From positions 1 through 47,927 of IMG/VR virus record IMGVR_UViG_3300032272_000022: a stretch of 47,927 nucleotides of DNA; one strand, written 5' to 3'. The DNA is from a virus (taxonomy: Duplodnaviria > Caudoviricetes). How positions within the stretch are numbered: the first letter of the stretch is position 1; the number at the start of each line of letters is the position of its first letter. Shown here piece after piece: positions 20,135 to 29,189 of this stretch. The position numbers were made by a program, and so were the translations under genes. The notes under the pieces are model-generated. The model had not been told where the DNA came from, made no database searches, and worked only from the letters and a program-made list of their open reading frames with translations.

Positions 20135-20232
20135 CTTGCCCAAGCCATGGATGGCTCGAAAACTCAGATGCTTCCAACTTCCTTGTCTGAGGGCACTACA
20201 CCCCTGCAGTTCCGACAGAACGCAGGGGTATA
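20135..20232. ncRNA. Putative structured small RNA / terminator region
   Basis: Hairpins AGCCATGGATGGCT, CTCAGA…TCTGAG and ACCCCTGC…GCAGGGGT in an intergenic gap. Confidence 0.4.
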
Positions 20233-20243
20233 TTTAATACTGC

Positions 20244-20579
20244 TTAATCGATATTCCCCTGCACTATCTCAGCATCAAAGAACCAGCTTTCGTCATTTCC
20301 GTTGTCATCGACTTTAACTTCGATTTTTGCGCGTGCTGGTTCTAGCCCAGATAGTTCGCTGCCATCGACTATTAACGACAATAAAGATGTTGACCAATCT
20401 GCGCCCTGGTCGGCACTCAATAAAGGAAACGGCCCTGCAAGCAACTTAGTCCTGTCACGACTAACAATCACCGCTAGCACCGTTGACGCGACGGGAATAT
20501 TAAATGTCGCACCCTGTCGCTGGATCTGCAACAGTTCCGCCAGGTCATTACCTGAGACAATTTCAATTTGATTAAGCAT
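20244..20579 (-). CDS. Hypothetical phage protein (beta-sandwich-like)
   Basis: Coupled to 20572-21936. Confidence 0.6.
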   Translation of the reverse strand: MLNQIEIVSGNDLAELLQIQRQGATFNIPVASTVLAVIVSRDRTKLLAGPFPLLSADQGADWSTSLLSLIVDGSELSGLEPARAKIEVKVDDNGNDESWFFDAEIVQGNID

Positions 20580-21936
20580 TATTTGCTACCCTCGTGTTTT
20601 TAGAGTTGTTGCTTATTGCGATACTAGAAGAGTTGTTGCTGATTGCGATACTGGAAGAGTTGTTGGCCACAACCGGCGCACCGAAGATATTAGGAGTTTC
20701 CTGGGTTTGTATACTTGCGTTTATCACATCCCCCGCCTCAAGCTGATCAGCAGTGATATTAACAACCACATCAAATACAGCGCTTTGCGTTTCTACCGCC
20801 TCAATCTGGTTAGCTGATAGCTGAACAATAGTTTCGATTGTCGCTGTCTGAACATCACCAGCTTCGGCCTGGTTTGCTGATATCGATGCGGTTTGAGTGG
20901 TTAACAATGACGCCGCTTGACTGTCACCCTGCTCTGTTTGATTGGCTTGTAGTGTGACTAAAACAGATAAACTGCCAGTGGTCGCATCACTCTGCTCGCC
21001 CTGGTTAGCCGTGACGTTAACCGGCACCTGTATATTCGATACCTGACTGTCGCCCGCTTCGGTTTGGTTAGCGGTTACCGCGCTCGTAACGACGCCAACA
21101 ATACTCGCGGTTTGTGCGTCGCCTTCCTCAACCTGGTTTGCACTGATGTTGACTACGGCCTGAATATTCGATATTTGTGCATCACCGAGTTCAGCTTGTG
21201 CCGCTGATATTTGAACGGGCACCTGGATTACTGCGGTTTGGCTGTCGCCGGTTTCGGCTTGGTTAACTGTGACTGTGTTCCCTGATGGCGCTGCTTCTTC
21301 AAATGCCAATACAACACCAGCCCATCGTCGGCTCGTGCTAAAAGTTGCAGCAAAGCTAGTCGCCCCTGCACTAGCGACAGGCACTGTGCCGACGCCTAGC
21401 GCTGAACCGGCAGCACTAACATCTGCTCGTGGTGTACCGCCCGTATAAGTGAAAGTTGTACCAGACGTTCCCTGGTTAATGGCACCGACCAACCAGGCAT
21501 TATCCGTAAGCGTCGTGACTGATATTGAACCGCTAGAAACATTTGACGTATTGGCATTCGCGGCAGTCGCTTCAGGGGCTTGATCCTTAACACCTTCCAG
21601 GCTCATGCAAGCCAATAATTGATCAGTGTTACCAAAATCCCAGGTTGCAATTACATTATAGCTACCCGCCCCCGGCAAAGACGATTCGCCCAAATACGCA
21701 GAACAAGCTTGCTGGAAAACAGTACTCGTACCACTGCTATCGATACTCAGAACCATCGACGTGCCGTTATACGTCACCGATGATAGTGTTGCTAACGTTT
21801 GCCCCCCCGACGATTCCGCTCCTGCGAGCGCGACAGCCATGCGGTCGCTGCCACCGCTTATAGTGTGAGATAGTGTTGCGTGGGTTGTGCTGACTGTATC
21901 TGTGTTCGATGCAATCGCGTCGAAGGAAATAGCCAT
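20572..21936 (-). CDS. Repetitive virion fibre/decoration-like protein
   Basis: Ser/Thr-rich N-terminal domain, about nine ~21-23-aa QxExGDxQ repeats, C-terminal NNSSSIAIS repeats. Confidence 0.65.
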   Translation of the reverse strand: MAISFDAIASNTDTVSTTHATLSHTISGGSDRMAVALAGAESSGGQTLATLSSVTYNGTSMVLSIDSSGTSTVFQQACSAYLGESSLPGAGSYNVIATWDFGNTDQLLACMSLEGVKDQAPEATAANANTSNVSSGSISVTTLTDNAWLVGAINQGTSGTTFTYTGGTPRADVSAAGSALGVGTVPVASAGATSFAATFSTSRRWAGVVLAFEEAAPSGNTVTVNQAETGDSQTAVIQVPVQISAAQAELGDAQISNIQAVVNISANQVEEGDAQTASIVGVVTSAVTANQTEAGDSQVSNIQVPVNVTANQGEQSDATTGSLSVLVTLQANQTEQGDSQAASLLTTQTASISANQAEAGDVQTATIETIVQLSANQIEAVETQSAVFDVVVNITADQLEAGDVINASIQTQETPNIFGAPVVANNSSSIAISNNSSSIAISNNSKNTRVANNA

Positions 21937-21947
21937 GCGTTTAGGTG

Positions 21948-22412
21948 TTACAGATCAGGGTTTGCGATGACTGCTTGCAAGGCCACACAAGAAGCTCTTA
22001 AGGCATCGGATTCAGGGCTTCCAATATTAGAATTAATCTGCCCAGTGGTATCATTGGCTGTCACTATCTGGCCCTGCGCTGCGACCACAACCAGCAAATC
22101 ACTCATGGCGCCCAGCATCGTACTACTTGCAGCATTCGCAGACGCTATTTCCGCACCAATATCCGCAATGCTATATTGAACGGCAATTTCAGCTCTGACA
22201 TCAGCATTCCCTGCACCGGCAATACTCGCCGCGAGATTCGTGCGGACTTGAACAGCAGCGTTAAGCTTAAAGTTTACATCTAAACCTGTTAAGGACCCGC
22301 TATCTATCATCGTGATTATTTGATCACTGATAAGCCAATACTCTCGCAAATACAAAACTGCTTGAGACACCCGATTTATCAGTAGCTTTCTTGGATCGCT
22401 AGGTAGGCTCAT
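21948..22412 (-). CDS. Hypothetical protein
   Basis: 154-aa ORF with GAGG RBS. Confidence 0.6.
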   Translation of the reverse strand: MSLPSDPRKLLINRVSQAVLYLREYWLISDQIITMIDSGSLTGLDVNFKLNAAVQVRTNLAASIAGAGNADVRAEIAVQYSIADIGAEIASANAASSTMLGAMSDLLVVVAAQGQIVTANDTTGQINSNIGSPESDALRASCVALQAVIANPDL

Positions 22413-22458
22413 TATTTTTCCTCACACAATAAAAGTATTGCTATGCCTGACTGTTCGA

Positions 22459-22833
22459 TTATTCGACAATCAAGCCTGGTACGTTTGGGATTGCAGTTCC
22501 TAACATCGGACACCCTGTCGGAGACACTTGAAAGATCACATTAACAGGCGCACTTTCTAAGCCGCCACTGTTTACCGCAGCCCAGCTTGCTGTATAAGCC
22601 ATTAAAGGGTCAGCACCTGGAACCGCTCTAATATGCACGTTTGAAGTCGCGGGGAAGGAAGCAGTATCCACAACAACCCCATTAGCATCACTAACGGTGA
22701 GACTGTAAGACGTCAAATCTATTAACGCTGAACCGTCCGTGTTCGCAGTCGGAGCTGTTACCGTGTAGGTGCAATCAGCAAATACGGCAGATGAAAATAG
22801 AAAAAGAAATAGAAAATATTTAATCATGATCAT
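22459..22833 (-). CDS. Secreted fibronectin-III/Ig-like protein
   Basis: Signal peptide (AVFA); APTANTDGSAL…AVNSGGLES pattern. Confidence 0.6.
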   Translation of the reverse strand: MIMIKYFLFLFLFSSAVFADCTYTVTAPTANTDGSALIDLTSYSLTVSDANGVVVDTASFPATSNVHIRAVPGADPLMAYTASWAAVNSGGLESAPVNVIFQVSPTGCPMLGTAIPNVPGLIVE

Positions 22834-23237
22834 ACCCCATCATCATAAGCTGCAGTATTAACCCAGTTACCGGACATCTGCACAGTCTGGCCAGCAACTA
22901 CGGACGTATTATCGATAGTCACACCATCGGTTCCACCGACATCGGCGATACCAGATTCGAGCCATACCGACGCCGACGTCAGTAACTCATAGTGCGCCAC
23001 CGTCCCGGTTGCATCGGCACTGGCATCCGCTGTGATTGCATTGGACGTGAGCACACCAGCGACTGCGGCGGCGGCCCATGCTGTAGCGTTACCGGTTAGT
23101 AAAGCGAGCAACACACCCGCGCCACCAACACCATCCGGGGCCAGTGTACGGAGTTCAATCCGAGCACTCGTACCGCGTTGAGTCGTGAGCGCAGCCATTA
23201 ACGCATTGCGCTTTGCATTAGAGCGGAAAATAGTCAT
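22830..23237 (-). CDS. Hypothetical virion structural protein
   Basis: Ala/Thr-rich, DASADATGT…IDNTSVVAGQTV; coupled ATGA overlaps. Confidence 0.6.
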   Translation of the reverse strand: MTIFRSNAKRNALMAALTTQRGTSARIELRTLAPDGVGGAGVLLALLTGNATAWAAAAVAGVLTSNAITADASADATGTVAHYELLTSASVWLESGIADVGGTDGVTIDNTSVVAGQTVQMSGNWVNTAAYDDGV

Positions 23238-23725
23238 GCCACACCCCCGGTTTGAATTTCAGCAATTCGAGCGTGCATATCCTTTGCTGCCTGTTTGATC
23301 GCAGCATTGGCCTGCGATAGATGCGCTTGAAGCTCACCTTTTTTCTGGTGATATAAATTAATATCTCCGCCAGCCATGGCCGCATCGGCTTGTGTGTTGA
23401 TATCGGTTGCGAGCTTGTTCGCGGCGTTGATCATGCGGCACACCGGCTTGCGTTCCTCGACGTGGTCGCGGGAGTATTTTTCACGCACTGAGTAGAGCCA
23501 CTCATAACACGCCGATATACCTTCTGGGTCGTGAACGTCACCGTTGGTCGGTATCTCGGTGGCATACTCTTCGAGAAGCTTTCGGGTTTCGTCGCCGGGG
23601 TCATTCGCCCAGATACGCACTACCCAGGTATCTTCATTCGCGTATAGAATCGGGCTGCCGATCGATAGCCGGAAATCCCACACCTCCAGAGTTTCTTTAC
23701 CCGTAAAATCTTTTGCTTTTTTCAT
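23234..23725 (-). CDS. Hypothetical protein
   Basis: 163-aa ORF in the operon. Confidence 0.65.
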   Translation of the reverse strand: MKKAKDFTGKETLEVWDFRLSIGSPILYANEDTWVVRIWANDPGDETRKLLEEYATEIPTNGDVHDPEGISACYEWLYSVREKYSRDHVEERKPVCRMINAANKLATDINTQADAAMAGGDINLYHQKKGELQAHLSQANAAIKQAAKDMHARIAEIQTGGVA

Positions 23726-23745
23726 TTCTGCCCCGAGTTAGTTAA

Positions 23746-23955
23746 TTAAGTTTTTTGCCGCAATATTTTTAACTGTTGCCGCTTAAACCATATATTGATT
23801 GCGGTGCCTGTCACGAAGCTTAGAACGCCGATGACAATACCAACCACGACGCCCCATTCGCTTAGCGATAGCCCGGATATCGCAGCAAATACACCAGAAC
23901 TGACTGTGACTTTATGCGCGGCATTAGTAGCGGTTTCAGCAATGTGGTGTGTCAT
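23746..23955 (-). CDS. Putative holin (HP1-like small single-TM type)
   Basis: 69 aa, SLSEWGVVVGIVIG…NIWFKR, basic C-terminus. Confidence 0.65.
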   Translation of the reverse strand: MTHHIAETATNAAHKVTVSSGVFAAISGLSLSEWGVVVGIVIGVLSFVTGTAINIWFKRQQLKILRQKT

Positions 23956-24200
23956 TAGTCGGCTTTTGAGAAATCGAGGTAATACTCTTCGCCGACTTCG
24001 AACTGTCCAACCAAAGATGGATTGCTAACCAGCATTGTTAAATCAGCCGAAGGTGTATAAGTGGCAAAAGTGTTGTTCTCATCCAGTCCGCCTTCGGGGT
24101 ATCCATCGGATTTGCTCACAGCACCAAAGTGCAATGTCTGACTAGATTCGGAATGACTTTCAACTTGAGCGACTTTCATTTTGGCGCGCATCTTAGGCAT
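23955..24200 (-). CDS. Hypothetical phage protein
   Basis: Likely start MPKMRAKMKV; ENNTFATYTPSA…NP…GEEYYLDF. Confidence 0.65.
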   Translation of the reverse strand: MPKMRAKMKVAQVESHSESSQTLHFGAVSKSDGYPEGGLDENNTFATYTPSADLTMLVSNPSLVGQFEVGEEYYLDFSKAD

Positions 24201-24240
24201 TTCTAATATTCCAATATTTTGATTGGCGTATTTATGCCGC

Positions 24241-24279
24241 AAAGCGAGTTGCATTTTTAGGGAAGAAATGCGACAAGGT
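24241..24279 (-). promoter_or_regulatory. Putative activator-dependent late promoter element, copy 1
   Basis: Identical to 20021-20059; directly downstream of the Mor-like gene. Confidence 0.65.
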
Positions 24280-24600
24280 TCAGCCATCCGTTTCCCAAGA
24301 AACCCCGTAGCCTTTTAAAATCCGATAAACAGTAGTGACATGCATGCCTTCTCGATGCGCTATTTCTTTCACTGGTTCGCCACTGCTATAAGCGACAAAT
24401 ATGAAACTATCCCTCGCGCTTTTGTCTTCTGTAGGCACATACCAGCTATCGCCACCACATCGCCGTCTTATACCTGACTCGACTGCCATGGCTAAATCGA
24501 CCGAGACATTTGCCGTTACGCCAAGACGCCTCGCGGCTGCCACCATTTCGTCATGCAGGGTTTCTAACAAATCTAAGTTTTGTTCTTCTGCTATAGCCAT
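24280..24600 (-). CDS. Mor/C-like transcriptional activator
   Basis: GGDSWYVP followed by RD…IAHREGMHVTTVYRIL helix-turn-helix, as in the Mu Mor family. Confidence 0.75.
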   Translation of the reverse strand: MAIAEEQNLDLLETLHDEMVAAARRLGVTANVSVDLAMAVESGIRRRCGGDSWYVPTEDKSARDSFIFVAYSSGEPVKEIAHREGMHVTTVYRILKGYGVSWETDG

Positions 24601-26594
24601 GGGTCACTCGATTCTATGTTGTCGTGCGTGCCTGTGGCGGCACTGGGTTGGGGTTTGGTTTGTTGCTGCGCGGGTATCTGTGGGGTAAACAGGTCTTCTT
24701 GTTTTAGTTGATGTTCGATGTCATCCCATTGCCCAGGGGTGAGTAAGTGGATTTTTTCATGTCGCGATGCATGCAGTGCGTAAACTTCGCAATCGAGCGC
24801 TTCATTGCGCGCACCTGATTTTTTCTGCCATATTTTACGCCCTCTGAACCGCCTCGAAGGGGCTTTGACTTCTGCTGTAATTTGGTCGAAGTAGTCTTTG
24901 CGCACATCTTTATAAAAATGCATCCTGCCTGGCCCGGCACCCTCTAGCTGTAGGCGGCTGCTGAGCAGGTCTTTGGCTTTGTTGGTGCCGACCATGAATA
25001 TACGTAAGCCGTATTTACTTGCTTTTGTTGGAGTACGATGATCGACAGCCCGACCGGTGGGTGTGAATATTTCTTTTTCGCCGCGTTCGTCACTAGCGCC
25101 TTTTACCGGTATTATTTTGGTCCGGTTATATTTTTTCTTCATTGCGCGAATCCATGCATAGACCTGGTCGGACGTTCCGCCGTCTGATGTATCCATTGAT
25201 GCCGCGCTGGGATGGATCTGGTAACCATCGGCGCTATTAACCGGGGTTTTGAAAATGAGCCGTTCGAGTTCGTCCCAAACCGGGTCTTGCTTGTCGGTGA
25301 TAATCCCGAATATCTCACCCCAATAGATAAGCCAGCTTTCGTCGCCCCTGCCCCATGCTCTGATGATAATTGCAAACCGATCGTGCTGAACGTCAATACC
25401 AATTGTAATTTTGAGCGCGCCGGTAGGTGCTTCCATTTCTCGATAAATTTCGGCTTTTTTCTCCAGGGCTTCTGAGTCGAGGTTGTTATTTTCGTACTCG
25501 TAGGGTTTGCCTTCGCTGGTGTTGACCCAGGTGATGTAATCGGTGTCGTCGCCTTGTTTAAATTTATGCCGGGCTTCGAGGTATCGCTTGAGCAGGTTGG
25601 ACATGCGACTGGCGCGAAATGGCACGTATAGCTCGCTGACATATCCAAAACCAGCGGTGCCATGGAATTCGGCGTGGGCGATCCAACCAGCACCTTCTGT
25701 GGTTTCGGCAGCCTGGACGTTGGCGAATTTTTGTTTGTCGTCCCAGATTGACCCGCACTTTGGACAAACATAGACGGCGGTGTCCAGGCGCGCTCGGCCA
25801 TAGATCTCGTGATTGATATCTGCGTCTTCCTGCCATTTAACGTTGACCCAATCAAGCACATGACTTTCGCCGCAATCATGACATGGGACATAGTATTTGC
25901 GCTGGTCGGAGGCTTTGTAGGCGTCTTCGATGGCGCTCAGGTCTTTGACAGTGGGCGTGCCACCGTAGATGATTTTGCGATATTCGAAAGTTTTGGAACG
26001 ATCAATCAGTAGTTTGATTGAGTCACCCTGCCCTTTGATATTTGTATTCGCGTCGTCAGGTTCTTCGACGTAAATTACCGGGGCACTGGTTGATTTTACT
26101 AACCCGGTCGAGTTTGACCCGCCGAGCTTTAAAAAACCACCTACGAATTTTTTATAGAGCTTTTTGACACCTGCTTTGCGCGTGGTCTCCATGTCGATCA
26201 AGCCTTTCATACGGGGCGTTGCTCTAACTGCCGGGCCTAGCTTTTCTTCGACAAAGTCTTCTGCACTTTCACGCTTTGCAAACATGGCTATCATGCCGCT
26301 TGGCTCGTTGTCGATTCGGTACATCATGTCGTTGACGACGACACCATCGGTATAAGCGGTTTGACTGGCTTTCATGTTGACGACCATTTCGGCTTCCGGG
26401 TCATCACAAGCAGCCTGGATGCCACGAACCCACGGTGTCCGCATCGACCTATATTCGCCAGGCTCGGCGGATGACTCACTCGACAACCTGCGATATTTAT
26501 CAGCCCATTGTGTGCGGCTGATATCGGCGGGTGGTTGCCAGTTAGTCCACGCTCGACGCAGCGCCTTCGTCCAGTTCTGGCTGACATTCAGCAA
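24591..26594 (-). CDS. Terminase large subunit (lambda GpA family)
   Basis: MKASQTAYT, YVEEPD, GGTPT, YYVPCHDC, GIDVQHDR and RNEALDCEVY motifs; start uncertain (26594-26654). Confidence 0.95.
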   Translation of the reverse strand: MLNVSQNWTKALRRAWTNWQPPADISRTQWADKYRRLSSESSAEPGEYRSMRTPWVRGIQAACDDPEAEMVVNMKASQTAYTDGVVVNDMMYRIDNEPSGMIAMFAKRESAEDFVEEKLGPAVRATPRMKGLIDMETTRKAGVKKLYKKFVGGFLKLGGSNSTGLVKSTSAPVIYVEEPDDANTNIKGQGDSIKLLIDRSKTFEYRKIIYGGTPTVKDLSAIEDAYKASDQRKYYVPCHDCGESHVLDWVNVKWQEDADINHEIYGRARLDTAVYVCPKCGSIWDDKQKFANVQAAETTEGAGWIAHAEFHGTAGFGYVSELYVPFRASRMSNLLKRYLEARHKFKQGDDTDYITWVNTSEGKPYEYENNNLDSEALEKKAEIYREMEAPTGALKITIGIDVQHDRFAIIIRAWGRGDESWLIYWGEIFGIITDKQDPVWDELERLIFKTPVNSADGYQIHPSAASMDTSDGGTSDQVYAWIRAMKKKYNRTKIIPVKGASDERGEKEIFTPTGRAVDHRTPTKASKYGLRIFMVGTNKAKDLLSSRLQLEGAGPGRMHFYKDVRKDYFDQITAEVKAPSRRFRGRKIWQKKSGARNEALDCEVYALHASRHEKIHLLTPGQWDDIEHQLKQEDLFTPQIPAQQQTKPQPSAATGTHDNIESSDPWL

Positions 26595-27030
26595 GTCTGG
26601 CAAGGGCTGTGTCGATATGTCGTGTAATGCACTTGATGTCAATTTCGACTCCATGGGTTTCGAGGATTGATTCTTTGATTTTTCGGGCTGATTGGCGAAG
26701 CGATGTTTTGGCCGACACGATTGATGCTTCGAGTGCGGTCTCAAAGCCTGCAACATCAACCAGTCGGCCTGAGGTGACAGCAAGTTCAAGTTCGATCTTG
26801 TCTGCCTGGGCGCGTGTCAGTCTTAGACGCTCAGCGCTTTCGGATTTGGTTTTGCGGGCGTTCAAGCTTTTCAAATAGCGGATGTAGCCCTGCACACTCG
26901 GCCAGAGTAAATATTCACCGTGCGCTGCTTTGGGTATCTCTCCATTTTTTGCCAGATTTTGTACCGTTTTAGGATCGCACTCAAATAAAGCAGCGAGGCT
27001 CTGAACATCGACCGTCTGACCATCAGCCAT
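26542..27030 (-). CDS. Terminase small subunit (Nu1-like)
   Basis: N-terminal wHTH; ERLRLTRAQADKIELE coiled coil. Confidence 0.88.
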   Translation of the reverse strand: MADGQTVDVQSLAALFECDPKTVQNLAKNGEIPKAAHGEYLLWPSVQGYIRYLKSLNARKTKSESAERLRLTRAQADKIELELAVTSGRLVDVAGFETALEASIVSAKTSLRQSARKIKESILETHGVEIDIKCITRHIDTALARLAECQPELDEGAASSVD

Positions 27031-27721
27031 TAATTTCCCCGCATACTTCCAGTTCCTTTTTACCTTTTAAGAATTCTTTAATTTCATTCATCCAGGCGCA
27101 GGTGAACTCGAACAAACCTTCGTCATTGTCGATGACGTATTGCTCGACCCGGCTGTTGTTCGACATATTTCCACTACCTTCGATGGTGTAATGATTGCCT
27201 TGTTCAGTCGAGCAGCTGAGCAACTTCGCATGTGACGAGCAGTAAAATAATTTGATTTTTTCGTGCGACATAAACAGGTCTTTCATGACCCGCTCTTTTT
27301 CTCGATGCGCTCCGTTGCGCAGGTTCGAGATTAGTATTTCGGCACCTTTAATTTTGCCCGCATCGATCAACTCAACCAGTTTCTCAGCAGCCTGAAAATT
27401 GATTGAGTAGACCACCATGCGCAGGTCAACAATCGTTTCGTTGTTCGCAACAAATTCGACAAATTGAATCGCGTTGAAAGATCGGCGGGTCACCAGACGA
27501 AACTGATGACCAACATCGGGCAGACCTATTTGCGCCATGTCGGCGATCAGCGCGTAATGTTTTCGGCAAAATTTTTGATACATGCGATCTGCCATCGATT
27601 CGAGTCCGCTGTCCATTGTCTTTTCCGATACTGTTTCGAAATTAAAATCGATATCACGCGTATTGTCGGCAACGGGTTCGGTATCCAAAAACGCTCGAAG
27701 GCTATTAACGTCTATATCCAT
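27023..27721 (-). CDS. Phospholipase-D-like (HxK…GSxN) putative nuclease
   Basis: SHAKLL…IEGSGNMS motif. Confidence 0.65.
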   Translation of the reverse strand: MDIDVNSLRAFLDTEPVADNTRDIDFNFETVSEKTMDSGLESMADRMYQKFCRKHYALIADMAQIGLPDVGHQFRLVTRRSFNAIQFVEFVANNETIVDLRMVVYSINFQAAEKLVELIDAGKIKGAEILISNLRNGAHREKERVMKDLFMSHEKIKLFYCSSHAKLLSCSTEQGNHYTIEGSGNMSNNSRVEQYVIDNDEGLFEFTCAWMNEIKEFLKGKKELEVCGEING

Positions 27722-27764
27722 ACCAACCTCATGAAACGAAACGCATCAGAGAATCCTAAATCTA

Positions 27765-27816
27765 CAGAAAACCCGCGAGCTTCGTACCCGTGTACGGTGA
27801 AGGGGCTGGAAGTACC
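27765..27816 (-). other. Candidate cos/packaging region
   Basis: Non-coding GGTACTTCC…CGGGTACGAAGCTCGCGGGTTTT upstream of the terminase operon, the usual cos position in GpA-type phages. Confidence 0.4.
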
Positions 27817-27836
27817 TTTTTTTGTGGGGAGTGACA

Positions 27837-28241
27837 TCAATGCTCACCTGGTGCTGATAGATGGTTGCGCAGTGCTGCGAAGGCATCGTCTGGGATGACT
27901 GCGACCGGTGCAACGTTTGGCAGCACTGCATCGTCGATGACTCTGGCGCAACGATCCAACCACACTGACACCTGCTCGCCAGGTATCGGTTTAATCCTAC
28001 TGTCGGCAATGGAGCGCATAGCTTGATGTAACCGAATGGTTTTGATGTTGGCTATGATCTTGCGCGTGGTGGCCGTCCACTCACGGCCTGGTGCCTCCGA
28101 GTGATACTCGCACACACCCCAACGCGGCAGGCGAGGGTCACGCTTCTTCTCGGGTTCGTACCAATGAGTGACCACGGTCGCGGCTAATGGGCAACCATTG
28201 GCTTTGCATGATGAGTGGAATGTCTTGTCAATGTCAGTCAT
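27837..28241 (-). CDS. Hypothetical Cys/His-containing protein downstream of the replication gene
   Basis: ATGACTGA overlap with the replication gene stop; CxxxxC…CxxH. Confidence 0.6.
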   Translation of the reverse strand: MTDIDKTFHSSCKANGCPLAATVVTHWYEPEKKRDPRLPRWGVCEYHSEAPGREWTATTRKIIANIKTIRLHQAMRSIADSRIKPIPGEQVSVWLDRCARVIDDAVLPNVAPVAVIPDDAFAALRNHLSAPGEH

Positions 28242-29091
28242 CGGTTTGACGGTCTCTCTCTGCGACGGCTCGGTGCAATCGTTGCCGATAGGATTCGTAG
28301 TCTTCACCGGGTCGCGGTTTTGGATATCCATACTGATCAGCCCAGGTGACCAGCTGATTGTTATTCGTCGGAACCTGGTTACTAGACCCAGGCGCATGAT
28401 GCCTATCCTCCTGCCTGATTGGATCAATCGCATCGTTCCATCGAGCGCCTTTGAGATAATTCAACGGGTCAGGTGAATAGCCAGCTTTCCATTTTCGATC
28501 TGATTTTTTGCGATGCTGAATATCAGCAATGATCATGTCGATTTGTTCGTCAAGATTTAGCTGTTTGTTCAACTCAGTCCATTCTTCACGGATCTGTTTT
28601 GCTTTGACCTGCTGTGGATAAGTTTTTATAAAAAGATCACACGCACCCCCTTTTGTGTTTGGGTTTTGTATAGTGTCTTTTGAAGACCCACATTTTTTGT
28701 GGGTGGTGGCACCCACATTATTTGTGGGTGGTTCGCTACATTTTTTGCGGGTGGTAGCATCTTTTGCACCTGCATTTTTTGTGGGTAGTTTTGACGAATC
28801 ACCGAAGACAGCACCCAGCTCATATTCGTTCTTTTTGCCTAGCTCACGGGTGACAATAATCAAGCCTTCACGCTCCAATTCGGACAGGATTTTTTGCACA
28901 GTGCGTTCGTCTTTTGTGCATAAAAACTGTTTGAATTGCGTGACTGGAATCGAGTCTTTTTGTTTATGCCAACCCCGTGTTTTACGGATGATGAAAATGA
29001 TACAAGCGAACGCTTTGGCCGACACCCGTCCCGCAATATCATCAACGACAGAATTAGGCACTTGGAATGAATTGGGGTAGTAATCGCTCAT
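28234..29091 (-). CDS. Phage replication initiator (O-like)
   Basis: PN…IIRKTRGWHKQKDSI N-terminal domain; internal iterons; C-terminal PxxYLxxxRWND. Confidence 0.88.
   Translation of the reverse strand: MSDYYPNSFQVPNSVVDDIAGRVSAKAFACIIFIIRKTRGWHKQKDSIPVTQFKQFLCTKDERTVQKILSELEREGLIIVTRELGKKNEYELGAVFGDSSKLPTKNAGAKDATTRKKCSEPPTNNVGATTHKKCGSSKDTIQNPNTKGGACDLFIKTYPQQVKAKQIREEWTELNKQLNLDEQIDMIIADIQHRKKSDRKWKAGYSPDPLNYLKGARWNDAIDPIRQEDRHHAPGSSNQVPTNNNQLVTWADQYGYPKPRPGEDYESYRQRLHRAVAERDRQTDD
28691..28789. repeat. Four 17-bp iterons, putative phage origin of replication
   Basis: CATTTTTTGTGGGTGGT variants at 28691, 28716, 28739 and 28773 inside the O-like gene. Confidence 0.85.
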
Positions 29092-29189
29092 CGACCAACC
29101 CTCAAAAAATCAATCACAACGCCACCCAGTTGCCACAAGATAAACGCCAAAGATGACAACAAAGCCAACAATGCCAGGGTCGTATTCCA

